Part shown: piece after piece, positions 12,166-24,678 of the stretch | How the letters are laid out: the number at the start of each line of letters is the position of its first letter | Numbering within the stretch: position 1 is the first letter of the stretch | Source: Escherichia coli | GTDB lineage: Bacteria; Pseudomonadota; Gammaproteobacteria; Enterobacterales; Enterobacteriaceae | DNA length: 64,000 bases | Assembly: GCF_030384885.1 (NCBI RefSeq) | Contig: NZ_CP128613.1 | Strand: one strand, 5' to 3' | The notes under the pieces: generated by a model | Told to the model about the DNA's origin: nothing | The model's input: only the letters and a program-made list of their open reading frames with translations | The model's database searches: none | Program-made: the position numbers and the translations under genes

Positions 12166-12348
12166 GAATGTAGCCTCTGAACTCAGAAGGTTTGAAACAA
12201 GAGTCGCGGATCATACACCATGCAAATTTATTTTCGGGGTAATAATTCACAAAAATAATGGTTAGATCAAATTTCTCTCTGAACCTGGAAAGGCTGGCGA
12301 CATCAGGGCTTTAATGCCACAATCCTCTTTTCTTCTCATGCAGGACGA

Positions 12349-12765
12349 ATGATGAAAAAACTCGCAATTGCAGGCGCGCTCATGTTGCTGGCGGGCTGTG
12401 CCGAAGTCGAAAACTATAACAATGTCGTTAAAACCCCCGCGCCGGACTGGCTGGCGGGCTACTGGCAGACCAAAGGGCCGCAAAGTGCGCTGGTCAGTCC
12501 GGAAGCGATAGGCAGCCTGATTGTCACTAAAGAGGGCGATACCCTGGATTGCCGTCAGTGGCAGCGGGTGATTGCTGTGCCGGGTAAGTTGACATTGATG
12601 TCTGACGATCTCACTAACGTTACCGTAAAACGTGAGCTGTACGAGGTTGAGCGTGACGGTAACACCATTGAGTACGATGGTATGACGATGGAGCGTGTGG
12701 ATCGCCCGACGGCAGAGTGTGCCGCCGCGCTGGATAAAGCGCCGTTACCGACGCCACTGCCGTAA
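12349..12765 (+). CDS. yedD: Lipoprotein YedD
   Basis: 138-aa ORF with lipoprotein signal MMKKLAIAGALMLLAGC. Confidence 0.8.
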   Translation: MMKKLAIAGALMLLAGCAEVENYNNVVKTPAPDWLAGYWQTKGPQSALVSPEAIGSLIVTKEGDTLDCRQWQRVIAVPGKLTLMSDDLTNVTVKRELYEVERDGNTIEYDGMTMERVDRPTAECAAALDKAPLPTPLP

Positions 12766-12773
12766 TGAAATCT

Positions 12774-12792
12774 CCCCGGCTTGCCGCCGGGG
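12774..12792. terminator. Bidirectional stem-loop between convergent yedD and amyA
   Basis: ccccggc-ttgcc-gccgggg, 7-bp GC stem. Confidence 0.5.
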
Positions 12793-12798
12793 ATGAAT

Positions 12799-14286
12799 TT
12801 AAATCACCTCTTCGATAACCCACACGCTAACGCTGCCGCCGTTGCAAAAGAAGGTCGCTTCGCCGTTTTCGTCGGTCACTACGCTCTCTTGCCGATTCCC
12901 CAGAAAATCACGCCAGGTTTTATTGCCGTAATTCTCTCCCAGATGAATGGTTTTTTCGCCATCATCCCCGTTTGACATAACCACCACGCAGCCGGGATAT
13001 TCGTCGGTGCCACTGCGGCTAAAGGCAATGCAGTTCGGATGGTCGAAAAATAACGTCTGTACACCGTGGGCGAAACGCTGACGGGCGAGAATTAACTCAT
13101 CAAGTTGTTCGATTATTGGCATATCTATCGGATAGGTTTGCCCGTCACCGCCGACATCTTCGTAATGCGCGCCGTAGAGATCCGGATAGAACACCGAAGG
13201 AACGCCATTTTCCCGCAACAAAATTAACGCATACGCCAGCGGTTTAAACCACGGTTCGACGGGCGCTTCGAGGGCTTGCAACGGTTGGGTGTCATGGTTG
13301 GCAACGAGGGTTACGGCGTGAAAAGGATCGGCTTCCACCAGCGTCCCAGTGAAAATCTGCGTCATGTCGTAGTCGCGTCCCATGCGCGATGCTTCATGGA
13401 ATTTCATCTGCAGCGGCGCATCAAACAGCATGGTTTTGCCTTCCACCTGATCAATATACGTTTGCAGTTTATCGACTTCATGCGACCAGTATTCCGCCAC
13501 AATAAACAGCGGCTTTGGCGCAACTTCTTGTACGTGTTCGATCCACTCTTTATAAAACCACGCCGGAATATGTTTGACCGCATCAAGACGAAAACCGTCG
13601 CATTGTGTTTGTTCCATCACCCAGCGCGCCCAGTATTTAATCTCTTCCGTCACGGCATGATTGCGAAAATCGATATTCTCGCCCATCAGGTAATCGAAAT
13701 TACCGAGTTCATCATCAACCTGATCGTTCCAGCCTTCGCCGGTGTAGTCGTTAACAATTTTAAATATGCCATCTTCATCAGGATTTTCGATATGGTCGAT
13801 ACCGCTAAAACATTTGAAATCCCAGATAAACTGCGAGTATTGCCCGGCACGGGCGGGGAAGGTGTAACGCGTCCAGCCTTCGCACTCAATGATTTCTTCA
13901 TCAATTTGCGTACGGTCATCAGCATTTACACGTTGCACGCGAATAGCTTCTTTTTCATCCGCCCCCATTTTGTGGTTGACTACCACGTCCAACAGCACCG
14001 CAATGTCATTACGTTTCAGGGCGTCAATGGCGGCCAGCAGTTGTGCTTTATCGCCATATTTAGTAGGGATGCTGCCTTTCTGATCAAACTCGCCTAAATC
14101 AAATAAATCATAGGAGTCGTAGCCGACCGAATACCCGCCCGATGCGCCTTTATAGGCGGGCGGCAACCAGACCATATTGATACCAATATCATTAAAACCG
14201 TCGGCGCGCTCGGCCAGTTCAGGCCAGAGCTTACCGCCTTCCGGGTAATACCAGTGAAAACATTGTAACAGCGTGGGATTACGCAT
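12799..14286 (-). CDS. amyA: Cytoplasmic alpha-amylase AmyA
   Basis: 495-aa [31 protein letters not shown]...; glycoside hydrolase family 13 motifs. Confidence 0.9.
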   Translation of the reverse strand: MRNPTLLQCFHWYYPEGGKLWPELAERADGFNDIGINMVWLPPAYKGASGGYSVGYDSYDLFDLGEFDQKGSIPTKYGDKAQLLAAIDALKRNDIAVLLDVVVNHKMGADEKEAIRVQRVNADDRTQIDEEIIECEGWTRYTFPARAGQYSQFIWDFKCFSGIDHIENPDEDGIFKIVNDYTGEGWNDQVDDELGNFDYLMGENIDFRNHAVTEEIKYWARWVMEQTQCDGFRLDAVKHIPAWFYKEWIEHVQEVAPKPLFIVAEYWSHEVDKLQTYIDQVEGKTMLFDAPLQMKFHEASRMGRDYDMTQIFTGTLVEADPFHAVTLVANHDTQPLQALEAPVEPWFKPLAYALILLRENGVPSVFYPDLYGAHYEDVGGDGQTYPIDMPIIEQLDELILARQRFAHGVQTLFFDHPNCIAFSRSGTDEYPGCVVVMSNGDDGEKTIHLGENYGNKTWRDFLGNRQESVVTDENGEATFFCNGGSVSVWVIEEVI

Positions 14287-14363
14287 TCTTCGACTCCATT
14301 CAAGGGGAACATTAGAAGCGTAGCCGTAATCGGATTATTCGCGAGCCATCAGCTCGTTAAGAT

Positions 14364-14729
14364 TCAAAAGAGGTTATCCTGCGGAGCCAGCACAAAGCCG
14401 CCCTGATCGCCATAGGCACTTAACACCGATTTTTGCACCGATGACTGACCGACCAGTTTCGCCAGTTCATCCATCCGAATCTGCAATAACTGCTTTACCC
14501 TGCTTTCGTTGTCGAGAATCAGGCGCAGCATCGGGCGGAATTGCTCCTGCATCGTGGTGGACGGATCAATCTCTTCAGTCAGATGTGCAATCTCCTGCAC
14601 CGCATTCACATACGCCATTTCGCTGGCGATGAGTTCGTCCCATTGTTCTTCAGTTGCCAGGCGTAACATGAGCTGGCTTTTTTCGACGAGTTGTTGCCAG
14701 GCGAAATACAAATGCGGTGCATGGTTCAT
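14364..14729 (-). CDS. fliT: Flagellar export chaperone / anti-FlhDC factor FliT
   Basis: 121-aa [36 protein letters not shown]... Confidence 0.92.
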   Translation of the reverse strand: MNHAPHLYFAWQQLVEKSQLMLRLATEEQWDELIASEMAYVNAVQEIAHLTEEIDPSTTMQEQFRPMLRLILDNESRVKQLLQIRMDELAKLVGQSSVQKSVLSAYGDQGGFVLAPQDNLF

Positions 14730-15139
14730 CAGACTGGGTCCTGAATCAAAGAAGGGGAGAGTAAAGACTCTTTCCAGGCATCGGCAATATTGCGCATTAA
14801 TGCTTCCACTTCTTCGACTGCGGAGACATCGTTGCGTAAATTGGCTTGCAGCAAGCGCCTGACCATATAGCTATAAAGAGCAATCAAGTTTTGGGTTAGT
14901 TCGTCTTTGCTCTCTTCATCAAGACTCACCCGCAGCCCGTTCTCAATGATGTTGATCGCTTTTGACAAAGAGACGCCTTTGCCTTGCTGATTGTTGTCCT
15001 GCATAAACAGGCGCGCTCTAACCAGTGCGCTCAGCACTCCATCAAATAGCATGGTGACCAGCTGCTGCTGGCTGGCGCTCATTACGGCGCTTTCGACGCC
15101 AATTTGTGCATAGGCCTGGGTGCCTTTTGCCGCGTACAT
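14729..15139 (-). CDS. fliS: Flagellin-specific chaperone FliS
   Basis: 136-aa [37 protein letters not shown]... Confidence 0.93.
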   Translation of the reverse strand: MYAAKGTQAYAQIGVESAVMSASQQQLVTMLFDGVLSALVRARLFMQDNNQQGKGVSLSKAINIIENGLRVSLDEESKDELTQNLIALYSYMVRRLLQANLRNDVSAVEEVEALMRNIADAWKESLLSPSLIQDPV

Positions 15140-15163
15140 GACCTGTCTCCCGATGAATATTGA

Positions 15164-16570
15164 TTACTTGGAATTACTGTTGTTTTCGAACTGCTGCGTT
15201 AAGTAGCTGCTGGTGCTATTTAACGAGGTCATTAAAACGTCCAGTTGGGTAAATTGTTCTTTGTAGCGAGCGACCTGCGCATCAATGCGATCGCTGGCGG
15301 CGTTGTAGTCTTTAGTTAACTTATTCAGGGTCTTACTAACGCCATCGGTAGCGGCTTTAATAATGCCCGTTGTCGAAAGCCAACTGGTCAGGTTGCTGCC
15401 GATGGTGGTCGTGATGCCGGTTTTTTTACCATCGCCAACAATCAATGCACCTACGCCGCTGGCATCTTTTTTCAGTGCAGCGGTGAGTTTGTCGGCATCC
15501 AGTTCCAGTTTGCCATCGCTGGGATCGGTCGTGATACCAATCTGCGCCAACGTTTTATAGTTGGAAGAACTAACGGTATTACTCAGCATCGATTTCAACT
15601 GCGTCTGAATCGTCCGCAACGTGGAGTCGCCGAGCAGTGCGCCATTGCTAGAACTCTGGCTATCAGCCCCCGCATCTACGGCGGTGTATTTGGTCAGGCT
15701 GCTGAAGGTATCTATTAGCGAGTTATAGGCATTCACCCAGTCTTTAATTGCCGTTTGCGCTTTGGAGGTGTCCTGAGTGATGGTTAGCGTCTGGTTGCCC
15801 GTGGTGACATCGTTCAGGTTCAGGGTGATGTTTTCCAGCGCGTCGCTGATGGTGTTGCTGCTGTTCTCAATGGCGACGTTGTTGACCGTCAGCTGCGCAT
15901 TCTGGGCGGCGACCGAGACCTCCATGCCGTTGCTGCTGGCACTGGCGTCATAGCCCATAAAACTTTGTAGCGCATCATCACCGCTAACCGAGAGCGTCAT
16001 CGCATTGTCAAGGCCGGTGTCATTTGATGTGACTGACAGACGATATTCACCGTTACCCACGTTAATGATGCTTGCGCTTACGCCTGCTTTTGCGTTGTTG
16101 ATAGCATCACGGATCCCGCTTAACGATGAGTTAGCCGCGCTGATATCAATGGTAATCGGATCTTTGTCGCCGCCTTGTTGAATGGTGATTTTACTGTCGC
16201 TGGTGGCGATCGCCGTTTTCGTATCATCTCTGGTGGTGCGCGTGGTCAGGGTTTGCGCCTGCGCCAGATGGGTGACGCTGATGGTGTATTTCCCGGCGAT
16301 GGCGTTACCCGCGGTGGTGGCACTGAACGCGGTGGTGCTGCTGGTGGTGCTGGTGGCGGAAAAAAGATCGGCTTTAGACAATGCAGTATTGGCGGTCTGG
16401 AAAGTCGTCAGCGCGCTTTTCAGCGTACCGTAGGCGCTAAGTTTAGCGGTAAACGACGATTGCTGATTTGAAATAGGGGTTAGCGTCGCTTTTTGCGCGG
16501 CGGTGAGGCTATCGAGGATTGAACTTAAATCCAGACCTGACCCGACTCCCAGCGATGAAATACTTGCCAT
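15164..16570 (-). CDS. fliD: Flagellar filament capping protein FliD
   Basis: 468-aa ORF MASISSLGVGSGLDLSSILDSLTAAQKATLTPI... Confidence 0.93.
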   Translation of the reverse strand: MASISSLGVGSGLDLSSILDSLTAAQKATLTPISNQQSSFTAKLSAYGTLKSALTTFQTANTALSKADLFSATSTTSSTTAFSATTAGNAIAGKYTISVTHLAQAQTLTTRTTRDDTKTAIATSDSKITIQQGGDKDPITIDISAANSSLSGIRDAINNAKAGVSASIINVGNGEYRLSVTSNDTGLDNAMTLSVSGDDALQSFMGYDASASSNGMEVSVAAQNAQLTVNNVAIENSSNTISDALENITLNLNDVTTGNQTLTITQDTSKAQTAIKDWVNAYNSLIDTFSSLTKYTAVDAGADSQSSSNGALLGDSTLRTIQTQLKSMLSNTVSSSNYKTLAQIGITTDPSDGKLELDADKLTAALKKDASGVGALIVGDGKKTGITTTIGSNLTSWLSTTGIIKAATDGVSKTLNKLTKDYNAASDRIDAQVARYKEQFTQLDVLMTSLNSTSSYLTQQFENNSNSK

Positions 16571-16613
16571 GCGATTTCCTTTTATCTTTCGACACGTAAA
16601 ACGAATACCGGGG

Positions 16614-16640
16614 TTATCGGCCTGAATTGCGCAAAGTTTA
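16614..16640 (-). promoter_or_regulatory. sigma28 (FliA) promoter for fliDST
   Basis: Minus strand reads TAAACTTT-N11-GCCGATAA (consensus TAAAGTTT-N11-GCCGATAA), about 40 nt upstream of fliD. Confidence 0.65.
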
Positions 16641-16732
16641 CGTTTAATTGTTTTTTTTAATAGCGGGAATAAGGGGCAGAGAAAAGAGTATTTCGGCGAC
16701 TAACAAAAAATGGCTGTTTGTGAAAAAAATTC

Positions 16733-16759
16733 TAAAGGTTGTTTTACGACAGACGATAA
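16733..16759 (+). promoter_or_regulatory. sigma28 (FliA) promoter for fliC
   Basis: TAAAGGTT-N11-GACGATAA, 77 nt upstream of the fliC ATG. Confidence 0.65.
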
Positions 16760-16835
16760 CAGGGTTGACGGCGATTGAGCCGACGGGTGGAAACCCAATA
16801 CGTAATCAACGACTTGCAATATAGGATAACGAATC

Positions 16836-18542
16836 ATGGCACAAGTCATTAATACCAACAGCCTCTCGCTGATCACTCAAAATAATATCAACAAGAACCA
16901 GTCTGCGCTGTCGAGTTCTATCGAGCGTCTGTCTTCTGGCTTGCGTATTAACAGCGCGAAGGATGACGCAGCGGGTCAGGCGATTGCTAACCGTTTTACT
17001 TCTAATATTAAAGGCCTGACTCAGGCGGCCCGTAACGCCAACGACGGTATCTCCGTTGCGCAGACCACTGAAGGCGCGCTGTCCGAAATCAACAACAACT
17101 TACAGCGTATTCGTGAACTGACGGTTCAGGCCACTACAGGGACTAACTCCGATTCTGACCTGGACTCCATCCAGGACGAAATCAAATCCCGTCTCGACGA
17201 AATTGACCGCGTATCCGGCCAGACCCAGTTCAACGGCGTGAACGTACTGGCAAAAGACGGTTCGATGAAAATTCAGGTTGGTGCGAATGACGGCCAGACT
17301 ATCACTATTGATCTGAAGAAAATTGACTCTGATACGCTGGGGCTGAATGGGTTTAACGTTAACGGCAAAGGTACTATTGCGAACAAAGCTGCTACAGTCA
17401 GCGATCTGACCGCTGCTGGTGCAACGGGAACAGGTCCTTATGCTGTGACCACAAACAATACAGCTCTCAGCGCTAGCGATGCACTGTCTCGCCTGAAAAC
17501 CGGAGATACAGTTACTACTACTGGCTCGAGTGCTGCGACCTATACTTATGATGCGGCTAAAGGGAACTTCACCACTCAAGCAACAGTTGCAGATGGTGAT
17601 GTTGTTAACTTTGCAAATACTCTGAAACCAGCGGCTGGCACTACTGCATCAGGTGTTTATACTCGTAGTACTGGTGATGTGAAGTTTGATGTAGATGCTA
17701 ATGGCGATGTGACCATCGGTGGTAAAGCCGCGTACCTGGACGCCACTGGTAACCTATCTACAAACAACGCCGGCATTGCATCTTCAGCGAAATTGTCCGA
17801 TCTGTTTGCTAGCGGTAGTACTTTAGCGACAACTGGTTCTATCCAGCTGTCTGGCACAACTTATAACTTTGGTGCTGCGGCAACTTCTGGCGTAACCTAC
17901 ACCAAAACGGTAAGTGCTGATACTGTTCTGAGCACAGTACAGAGTGCTGCAACGGCTAACACAGCAGTTACTGGTGCGACAATTAAGTATAATACAGGTA
18001 TTCAGTCTGCAACTGCGTCTTTCGGTGGTGCGAATACTAATGGTGCTGGTAATTCGAATGACACCTATACTGATGCAGACAAAGAGCTCACCACAACCGC
18101 ATCTTACACTATCAACTACAACGTCGATAAGGATACCGGTACAGTAACTGTAGCTTCAAATGGCGCAGGTGCAACTGGTAAATTTGCAGCTACTGTTGGG
18201 GCACAGGCTTATGTTAACTCTACAGGTAAACTGACCACTGAAACCACCAGTGCAGGCACTGCAACCAAAGATCCTCTGGCTGCCCTGGACGACGCTATCA
18301 GCTCCATCGACAAATTCCGTTCATCCCTGGGTGCTATCCAGAACCGTCTGGATTCTGCGGTGACTAACCTGAACAACACCACTACCAACCTGTCTGAAGC
18401 GCAGTCCCGTATTCAGGACGCCGACTATGCGACCGAAGTGTCCAACATGTCGAAAGCGCAGATTATCCAGCAGGCCGGTAACTCCGTGCTGGCAAAAGCC
18501 AACCAGGTACCGCAGCAGGTTCTGTCTCTGCTGCAGGGTTAA
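16836..18542 (+). CDS. fliC: Flagellin FliC (568 aa; H type not assigned, not the K-12 allele)
   Basis: Conserved N-terminus MAQVINTNSLSLITQNNINKNQSALSSSIERLSSGLRINSAKDDAAGQAIANRF and C-terminus ...SKAQIIQQAGNSVLAKANQVPQQVLSLLQG; Thr/Ala/Gly/Ser-rich central region. Confidence 0.95.
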   Translation: MAQVINTNSLSLITQNNINKNQSALSSSIERLSSGLRINSAKDDAAGQAIANRFTSNIKGLTQAARNANDGISVAQTTEGALSEINNNLQRIRELTVQATTGTNSDSDLDSIQDEIKSRLDEIDRVSGQTQFNGVNVLAKDGSMKIQVGANDGQTITIDLKKIDSDTLGLNGFNVNGKGTIANKAATVSDLTAAGATGTGPYAVTTNNTALSASDALSRLKTGDTVTTTGSSAATYTYDAAKGNFTTQATVADGDVVNFANTLKPAAGTTASGVYTRSTGDVKFDVDANGDVTIGGKAAYLDATGNLSTNNAGIASSAKLSDLFASGSTLATTGSIQLSGTTYNFGAAATSGVTYTKTVSADTVLSTVQSAATANTAVTGATIKYNTGIQSATASFGGANTNGAGNSNDTYTDADKELTTTASYTINYNVDKDTGTVTVASNGAGATGKFAATVGAQAYVNSTGKLTTETTSAGTATKDPLAALDDAISSIDKFRSSLGAIQNRLDSAVTNLNNTTTNLSEAQSRIQDADYATEVSNMSKAQIIQQAGNSVLAKANQVPQQVLSLLQG

Positions 18543-18562
18543 TCGTCTGAATGCCTCTCAAA

Positions 18563-18585
18563 CCCCGCCACCGGCGGGGTTTTTT
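18563..18585 (+). terminator. Rho-independent terminator of fliC
   Basis: ccccgcc-acc-ggcgggg followed by tttttt. Confidence 0.8.
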
Positions 18586-18707
18586 CTGTCCGCAATTTAC
18601 CGGTAACCCCCAAATAACCCCTCATTTCACCCACTAATCGTCCGATTAAAAACCCTGCAGAAACGGATAATCATGCCGATAACTCATATAACGCAGGGCT
18701 GTTTATC
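18586..18707 (+). promoter_or_regulatory. fliA promoter region (class 2 FlhDC-dependent plus sigma28 autoregulated, by established knowledge)
   Basis: GCCGATAA sigma28 -10 element at 18675-18682; the -35 and FlhDC box were not confidently placed. Confidence 0.4.
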
Positions 18708-19427
18708 GTGAATTCACTCTATACCGCTGAAGGTGTAATGGATAAACACTCGCTGTGGCAGCGTTATGTCCCGCTGGTGCGTCACGAAGCATTGCGCCTG
18801 CAGGTTCGACTGCCCGCGAGCGTGGAACTTGACGATCTGCTACAGGCGGGCGGCATTGGGTTACTTAATGCCGTCGAACGCTATGACGCCCTACAAGGAA
18901 CGGCATTTACAACTTACGCAGTGCAGCGTATCCGTGGCGCTATGCTGGATGAACTTCGCAGCCGTGACTGGGTGCCGCGCAGCGTGCGACGCAACGCGCG
19001 TGAAGTGGCACAGGCAATAGGGCAACTGGAGCAGGAACTTGGCCGCAACGCCACGGAAACTGAGGTAGCGGAACGTTTAGGGATCGATATTGCCGACTAT
19101 CGCCAAATGTTGCTCGACACCAATAACAGCCAGCTCTTCTCCTACGATGAGTGGCGCGAAGAGCACGGCGATAGCATCGAACTGGTTACTGATGATCATC
19201 AGCGAGAAAACCCGCTACAACAACTGCTGGACAGTAATCTGCGCCAGCGGGTGATGGAAGCCATCGAAACGTTGCCGGAGCGCGAAAAACTGGTATTAAC
19301 CCTCTATTACCAGGAAGAGCTGAATCTTAAAGAGATTGGCGCGGTGCTGGAGGTCGGGGAATCGCGGGTCAGTCAGTTACACAGCCAGGCCATTAAACGG
19401 TTACGCACTAAACTGGGTAAGTTATAA
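18708..19427 (+). CDS. fliA: Flagellar sigma factor sigma28 (FliA)
   Basis: 239-aa ORF MNSLYTAEGVMDKHSLWQRYVPLVRHEALRLQVRLPASVELDDLLQAGGIGLL... Confidence 0.95.
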   Translation: MNSLYTAEGVMDKHSLWQRYVPLVRHEALRLQVRLPASVELDDLLQAGGIGLLNAVERYDALQGTAFTTYAVQRIRGAMLDELRSRDWVPRSVRRNAREVAQAIGQLEQELGRNATETEVAERLGIDIADYRQMLLDTNNSQLFSYDEWREEHGDSIELVTDDHQRENPLQQLLDSNLRQRVMEAIETLPEREKLVLTLYYQEELNLKEIGAVLEVGESRVSQLHSQAIKRLRTKLGKL

Positions 19428-19472
19428 CGTCAGTAAATGCCGCACTTTAATTTTGACTACCAGGAGTTCTTA

Positions 19473-20024
19473 ATGATGGTGCAGCACCTGAAAAGACGGC
19501 CATTAAGCCGCTATCTTAAAGACTTTAAACACAGCCAGACCCATTGCGCGCATTGCCGTAAATTACTCGATCGCATTACCCTCGTTCGCGACGGCAAAAT
19601 AGTGAATAAAATCGAGATTTCCCGCCTGGACACGCTGCTTGATGAAAATGGCTGGCAAGTGGAACAAAAATCATGGGCGGCATTGTGCCGATTCTGCGGT
19701 GATTTACATTGCAAAACACAGAGTGATTTTTTCGATATTATCGGCTTTAAGCAATTTCTTTTTGAGCAAACTGAAATGAGCCCAGGTACGGTGCGTGAAT
19801 ATGTCGTTCGTCTGCGCCGTTTGGGGAATCATCTACACGAGCAAAATATTTCCCTCGAACAGCTGCAGGGTGGTTTCCTTGATGAAATCCTCGCCCCGTG
19901 GCTGCCCACCACCAGCACCAACAATTACCGCATCGCATTACGGAAGTATCAACACTATCAGCGTCAAACGTGTACCGGACTTGTGCAGAAATCCTCCAGC
20001 CTGCCTGCTTCTGATATATATTAA
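19473..20024 (+). CDS. fliZ: Regulator FliZ
   Basis: 183-aa product from MMVQHLKRRPLSRYLKDFKHSQTHCAHC...; the track ORF 19437..20024 carries a 12-codon upstream extension. Confidence 0.88.
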   Translation: MMVQHLKRRPLSRYLKDFKHSQTHCAHCRKLLDRITLVRDGKIVNKIEISRLDTLLDENGWQVEQKSWAALCRFCGDLHCKTQSDFFDIIGFKQFLFEQTEMSPGTVREYVVRLRRLGNHLHEQNISLEQLQGGFLDEILAPWLPTTSTNNYRIALRKYQHYQRQTCTGLVQKSSSLPASDIY

Positions 20025-20111
20025 ATAAGAATAAGATGTAGCGGAGTTGTTTTTGTGTTTACAAACAATGGCTCTACACTGCAAACAGACATAACAACAT
20101 TCGGGGTGAAT

Positions 20112-22003
<1,892 letters not shown>

Positions 22004-22017
22004 CTCCGGAAACGCTC

Positions 22018-22686
22018 ATGCAAGAAAGTATACAACTGGTTATTGATTCCTTGCCGTTCCTGCTGAAAGGGGCTGGGTATACGCTGCAACTCAGTATCGG
22101 CGGCATGTTTTTTGGCTTACTGCTAGGGTTTATTCTCGCGCTGATGCGCCTTTCGCCAATCTGGCCCGTGCGCTGGCTGGCGCGTTTTTATATCTCTATT
22201 TTTCGTGGTACGCCACTCATCGCACAACTGTTTATGATCTATTACGGCTTGCCGCAGTTTGGCATCGAACTAGATCCCATTCCGTCAGCAATGATTGGTC
22301 TGTCGCTAAACACTGCCGCCTATGCTGCCGAAACGCTGCGTGCCGCCATTTCTTCTATTGATAAAGGTCAGTGGGAAGCTGCTGCCAGTATTGGTATGAC
22401 GCCGTGGCAGACCATGCGTCGCGCGATTTTGCCACAGGCGGCGCGGGTGGCGTTGCCGCCGCTGTCGAACAGCTTTATCAGCCTGGTAAAAGATACGTCG
22501 CTGGCCGCGACAATCCAGGTGCCGGAGCTGTTCCGTCAGGCGCAGTTGATTACCTCGCGTACGCTGGAGGTGTTCACCATGTATCTGGCGGCTTCGCTCA
22601 TCTACTGGATCATGGCGACAGTGTTATCGACGTTGCAGAACCATTTTGAGAATCAACTTAATCGCCAGGAGAGAGAACCAAAATGA
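22018..22686 (+). CDS. tcyL: L-cystine ABC transporter permease TcyL (YecS)
   Basis: 222-aa membrane ORF MQESIQLVIDSLPFLLKGAGYTLQLSIGGMFFG... Confidence 0.9.
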   Translation: MQESIQLVIDSLPFLLKGAGYTLQLSIGGMFFGLLLGFILALMRLSPIWPVRWLARFYISIFRGTPLIAQLFMIYYGLPQFGIELDPIPSAMIGLSLNTAAYAAETLRAAISSIDKGQWEAAASIGMTPWQTMRRAILPQAARVALPPLSNSFISLVKDTSLAATIQVPELFRQAQLITSRTLEVFTMYLAASLIYWIMATVLSTLQNHFENQLNRQEREPK

Positions 22687-23435
22687 GTGCCATTGAAGTT
22701 AAGAACCTGGTGAAAAAATTCCACGGTCAGACGGTGCTGCACGGTATCGACCTTGAGGTGAAGCCTGGCGAAGTAGTGGCAATTATCGGTCCGAGCGGTT
22801 CCGGCAAAACCACGTTGCTACGCAGCATAAATCTGCTGGAACAACCGGAAGCGGGAACCATCACCGTTGGCGATATCACCATTGATACTGCACGTTCATT
22901 AAGTCAGCAAAAATCGCTGATTCGCCAGTTGCGTCAGCACGTCGGGTTTGTCTTCCAGAACTTTAATTTGTTTCCGCATCGTACGGTGCTGGAAAACATT
23001 ATTGAAGGGCCGGTGATCGTCAAAGGCGAACCGAAAGAAGAGGCCACGGCGCGCGCTCGCGAGCTGCTGGCGAAAGTTGGGCTGGCAGGCAAAGAAACCA
23101 GCTATCCACGTCGTTTGTCTGGCGGTCAACAGCAGCGTGTCGCAATTGCGCGTGCGCTGGCAATGCGTCCTGAGGTGATTTTGTTTGACGAGCCAACGTC
23201 AGCGCTGGATCCAGAGCTGGTGGGCGAAGTCCTGAACACCATCCGCCAGCTGGCGCAGGAAAAGCGCACGATGGTGATTGTGACGCACGAAATGAGCTTT
23301 GCCCGGGATGTTGCGGACCGGGCGATCTTTATGGACCAGGGGCGGATAGTCGAGCAGGGGGCCGCAAAAGCGTTATTTGCCGATCCTCAGCTGCCTCGCA
23401 CCCGCCAGTTCCTCGAGAAGTTTCTGCTGCAATAA
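22683..23435 (+). CDS. tcyN: L-cystine ABC transporter ATP-binding protein TcyN (YecC)
   Basis: 250-aa ORF with Walker A GPSGSGKTT and ABC signature LSGGQQQRVAIARAL; 4-nt overlap with tcyL. Confidence 0.92.
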   Translation: MSAIEVKNLVKKFHGQTVLHGIDLEVKPGEVVAIIGPSGSGKTTLLRSINLLEQPEAGTITVGDITIDTARSLSQQKSLIRQLRQHVGFVFQNFNLFPHRTVLENIIEGPVIVKGEPKEEATARARELLAKVGLAGKETSYPRRLSGGQQQRVAIARALAMRPEVILFDEPTSALDPELVGEVLNTIRQLAQEKRTMVIVTHEMSFARDVADRAIFMDQGRIVEQGAAKALFADPQLPRTRQFLEKFLLQ

Positions 23436-23664
23436 TAAGAAAAAATCAGCCCCGACGATTTACCAGTCGGGGCGGGACGCCACTTCAAACGTGATAAAAC
23501 TGCTTAACAAATCAGCATAACTTATTAATAACATAAGAGAATGCGATGGCTTGCAAAAGTAATTCATTGCCTGAATAATATAAATTATATATAAATCTTA
23601 TTTATGTGATAGTTTGAATTATCATTATAAATGATACTCACTCTCAGGGGCGTTGCGGTTTACT

Positions 23665-24387
23665 ATGCAGGATACGGATTTTTTCAGCTGGCGTCGCACG
23701 ATGCTGTTGCGTTTTCAGAGGATGGAGGCCGCAGAAGAGGTCTACCATGAAATAGAGCTTCAGGCTCAGCAGCTGGAGTACGATTACTATTCGTTATGTG
23801 TTCGCCACCCGGTACCATTCACGCGACCTAAAGTAGCTTTCTACACCAATTACCCTGAGTCGTGGGTGAGTTATTATCAGGCAAAAAACTTTCTCGCCAT
23901 TGATCCTGTGCTGAACCCTGAAAACTTTAGTCAGGGCCATTTAATGTGGAATGATGACTTATTCAGCGAAGCACAGCCATTATGGGAAGCCGCGCGCGCA
24001 CATGGTTTACGCCGCGGTGTCACTCAGTATTTAATGCTGCCAAATCGGGCGCTGGGCTTTTTGTCCTTTTCCCGTTGCAGCACGCGCGAAATACCCATTC
24101 TTAGTGATGAACTGCAATTAAAAATGCAGTTACTGGTGCGCGAAAGTCTGATGGCTCTGATGCGTTTAAATGATGAAATAGTGATGACGCCAGAGATGAA
24201 TTTCAGCAAGCGCGAAAAAGAAATTCTGAAATGGACGGCGGAAGGGAAGACATCAGCAGAGATAGCGATGATTTTGTCAATCTCTGAGAATACGGTCAAT
24301 TTCCATCAGAAAAACATGCAGAAAAAAATCAATGCACCGAATAAGACCCAGGTGGCCTGTTACGCGGCCGCTACTGGCTTAATTTGA
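23665..24387 (+). CDS. sdiA: LuxR-family acyl-homoserine-lactone receptor SdiA
   Basis: 240-aa product MQDTDFFSWRRTMLLRFQRMEAAEEVYHEIELQA... within track ORF 23653..24387. Confidence 0.92.
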   Translation: MQDTDFFSWRRTMLLRFQRMEAAEEVYHEIELQAQQLEYDYYSLCVRHPVPFTRPKVAFYTNYPESWVSYYQAKNFLAIDPVLNPENFSQGHLMWNDDLFSEAQPLWEAARAHGLRRGVTQYLMLPNRALGFLSFSRCSTREIPILSDELQLKMQLLVRESLMALMRLNDEIVMTPEMNFSKREKEILKWTAEGKTSAEIAMILSISENTVNFHQKNMQKKINAPNKTQVACYAAATGLI

Positions 24388-24453
24388 TCGCTTTTCTTTC
24401 TGCGTGCCAGATGCAAAAACCGGCTGAAAGGCACGCTCTCAGCCGGTTTTATA

Positions 24454-24678
24454 TTACTGACGGTAGGCTTGTTTAATTTGCTTAACCGTTTTGGAAAATA
24501 CTGCAGCCTGGGTTTCGTCTTCGATCAGCGCAAGCTGTTTTTCCATCTTTAACATCACGCGGCCCGCGTCAGCTTGTCCCATCGCCTGCAGCATCAGCGT
24601 CAGCATCGCTTTCAGGCAGGAGACTTCATTTGCCAGTTCTTGATTATTCTCGGCAGTAGAAAAATCAGGCGTACTCAT
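24454..24678 (-). CDS. yecF: Small protein YecF (DUF2594)
   Basis: 74-aa [43 protein letters not shown]... Confidence 0.85.
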
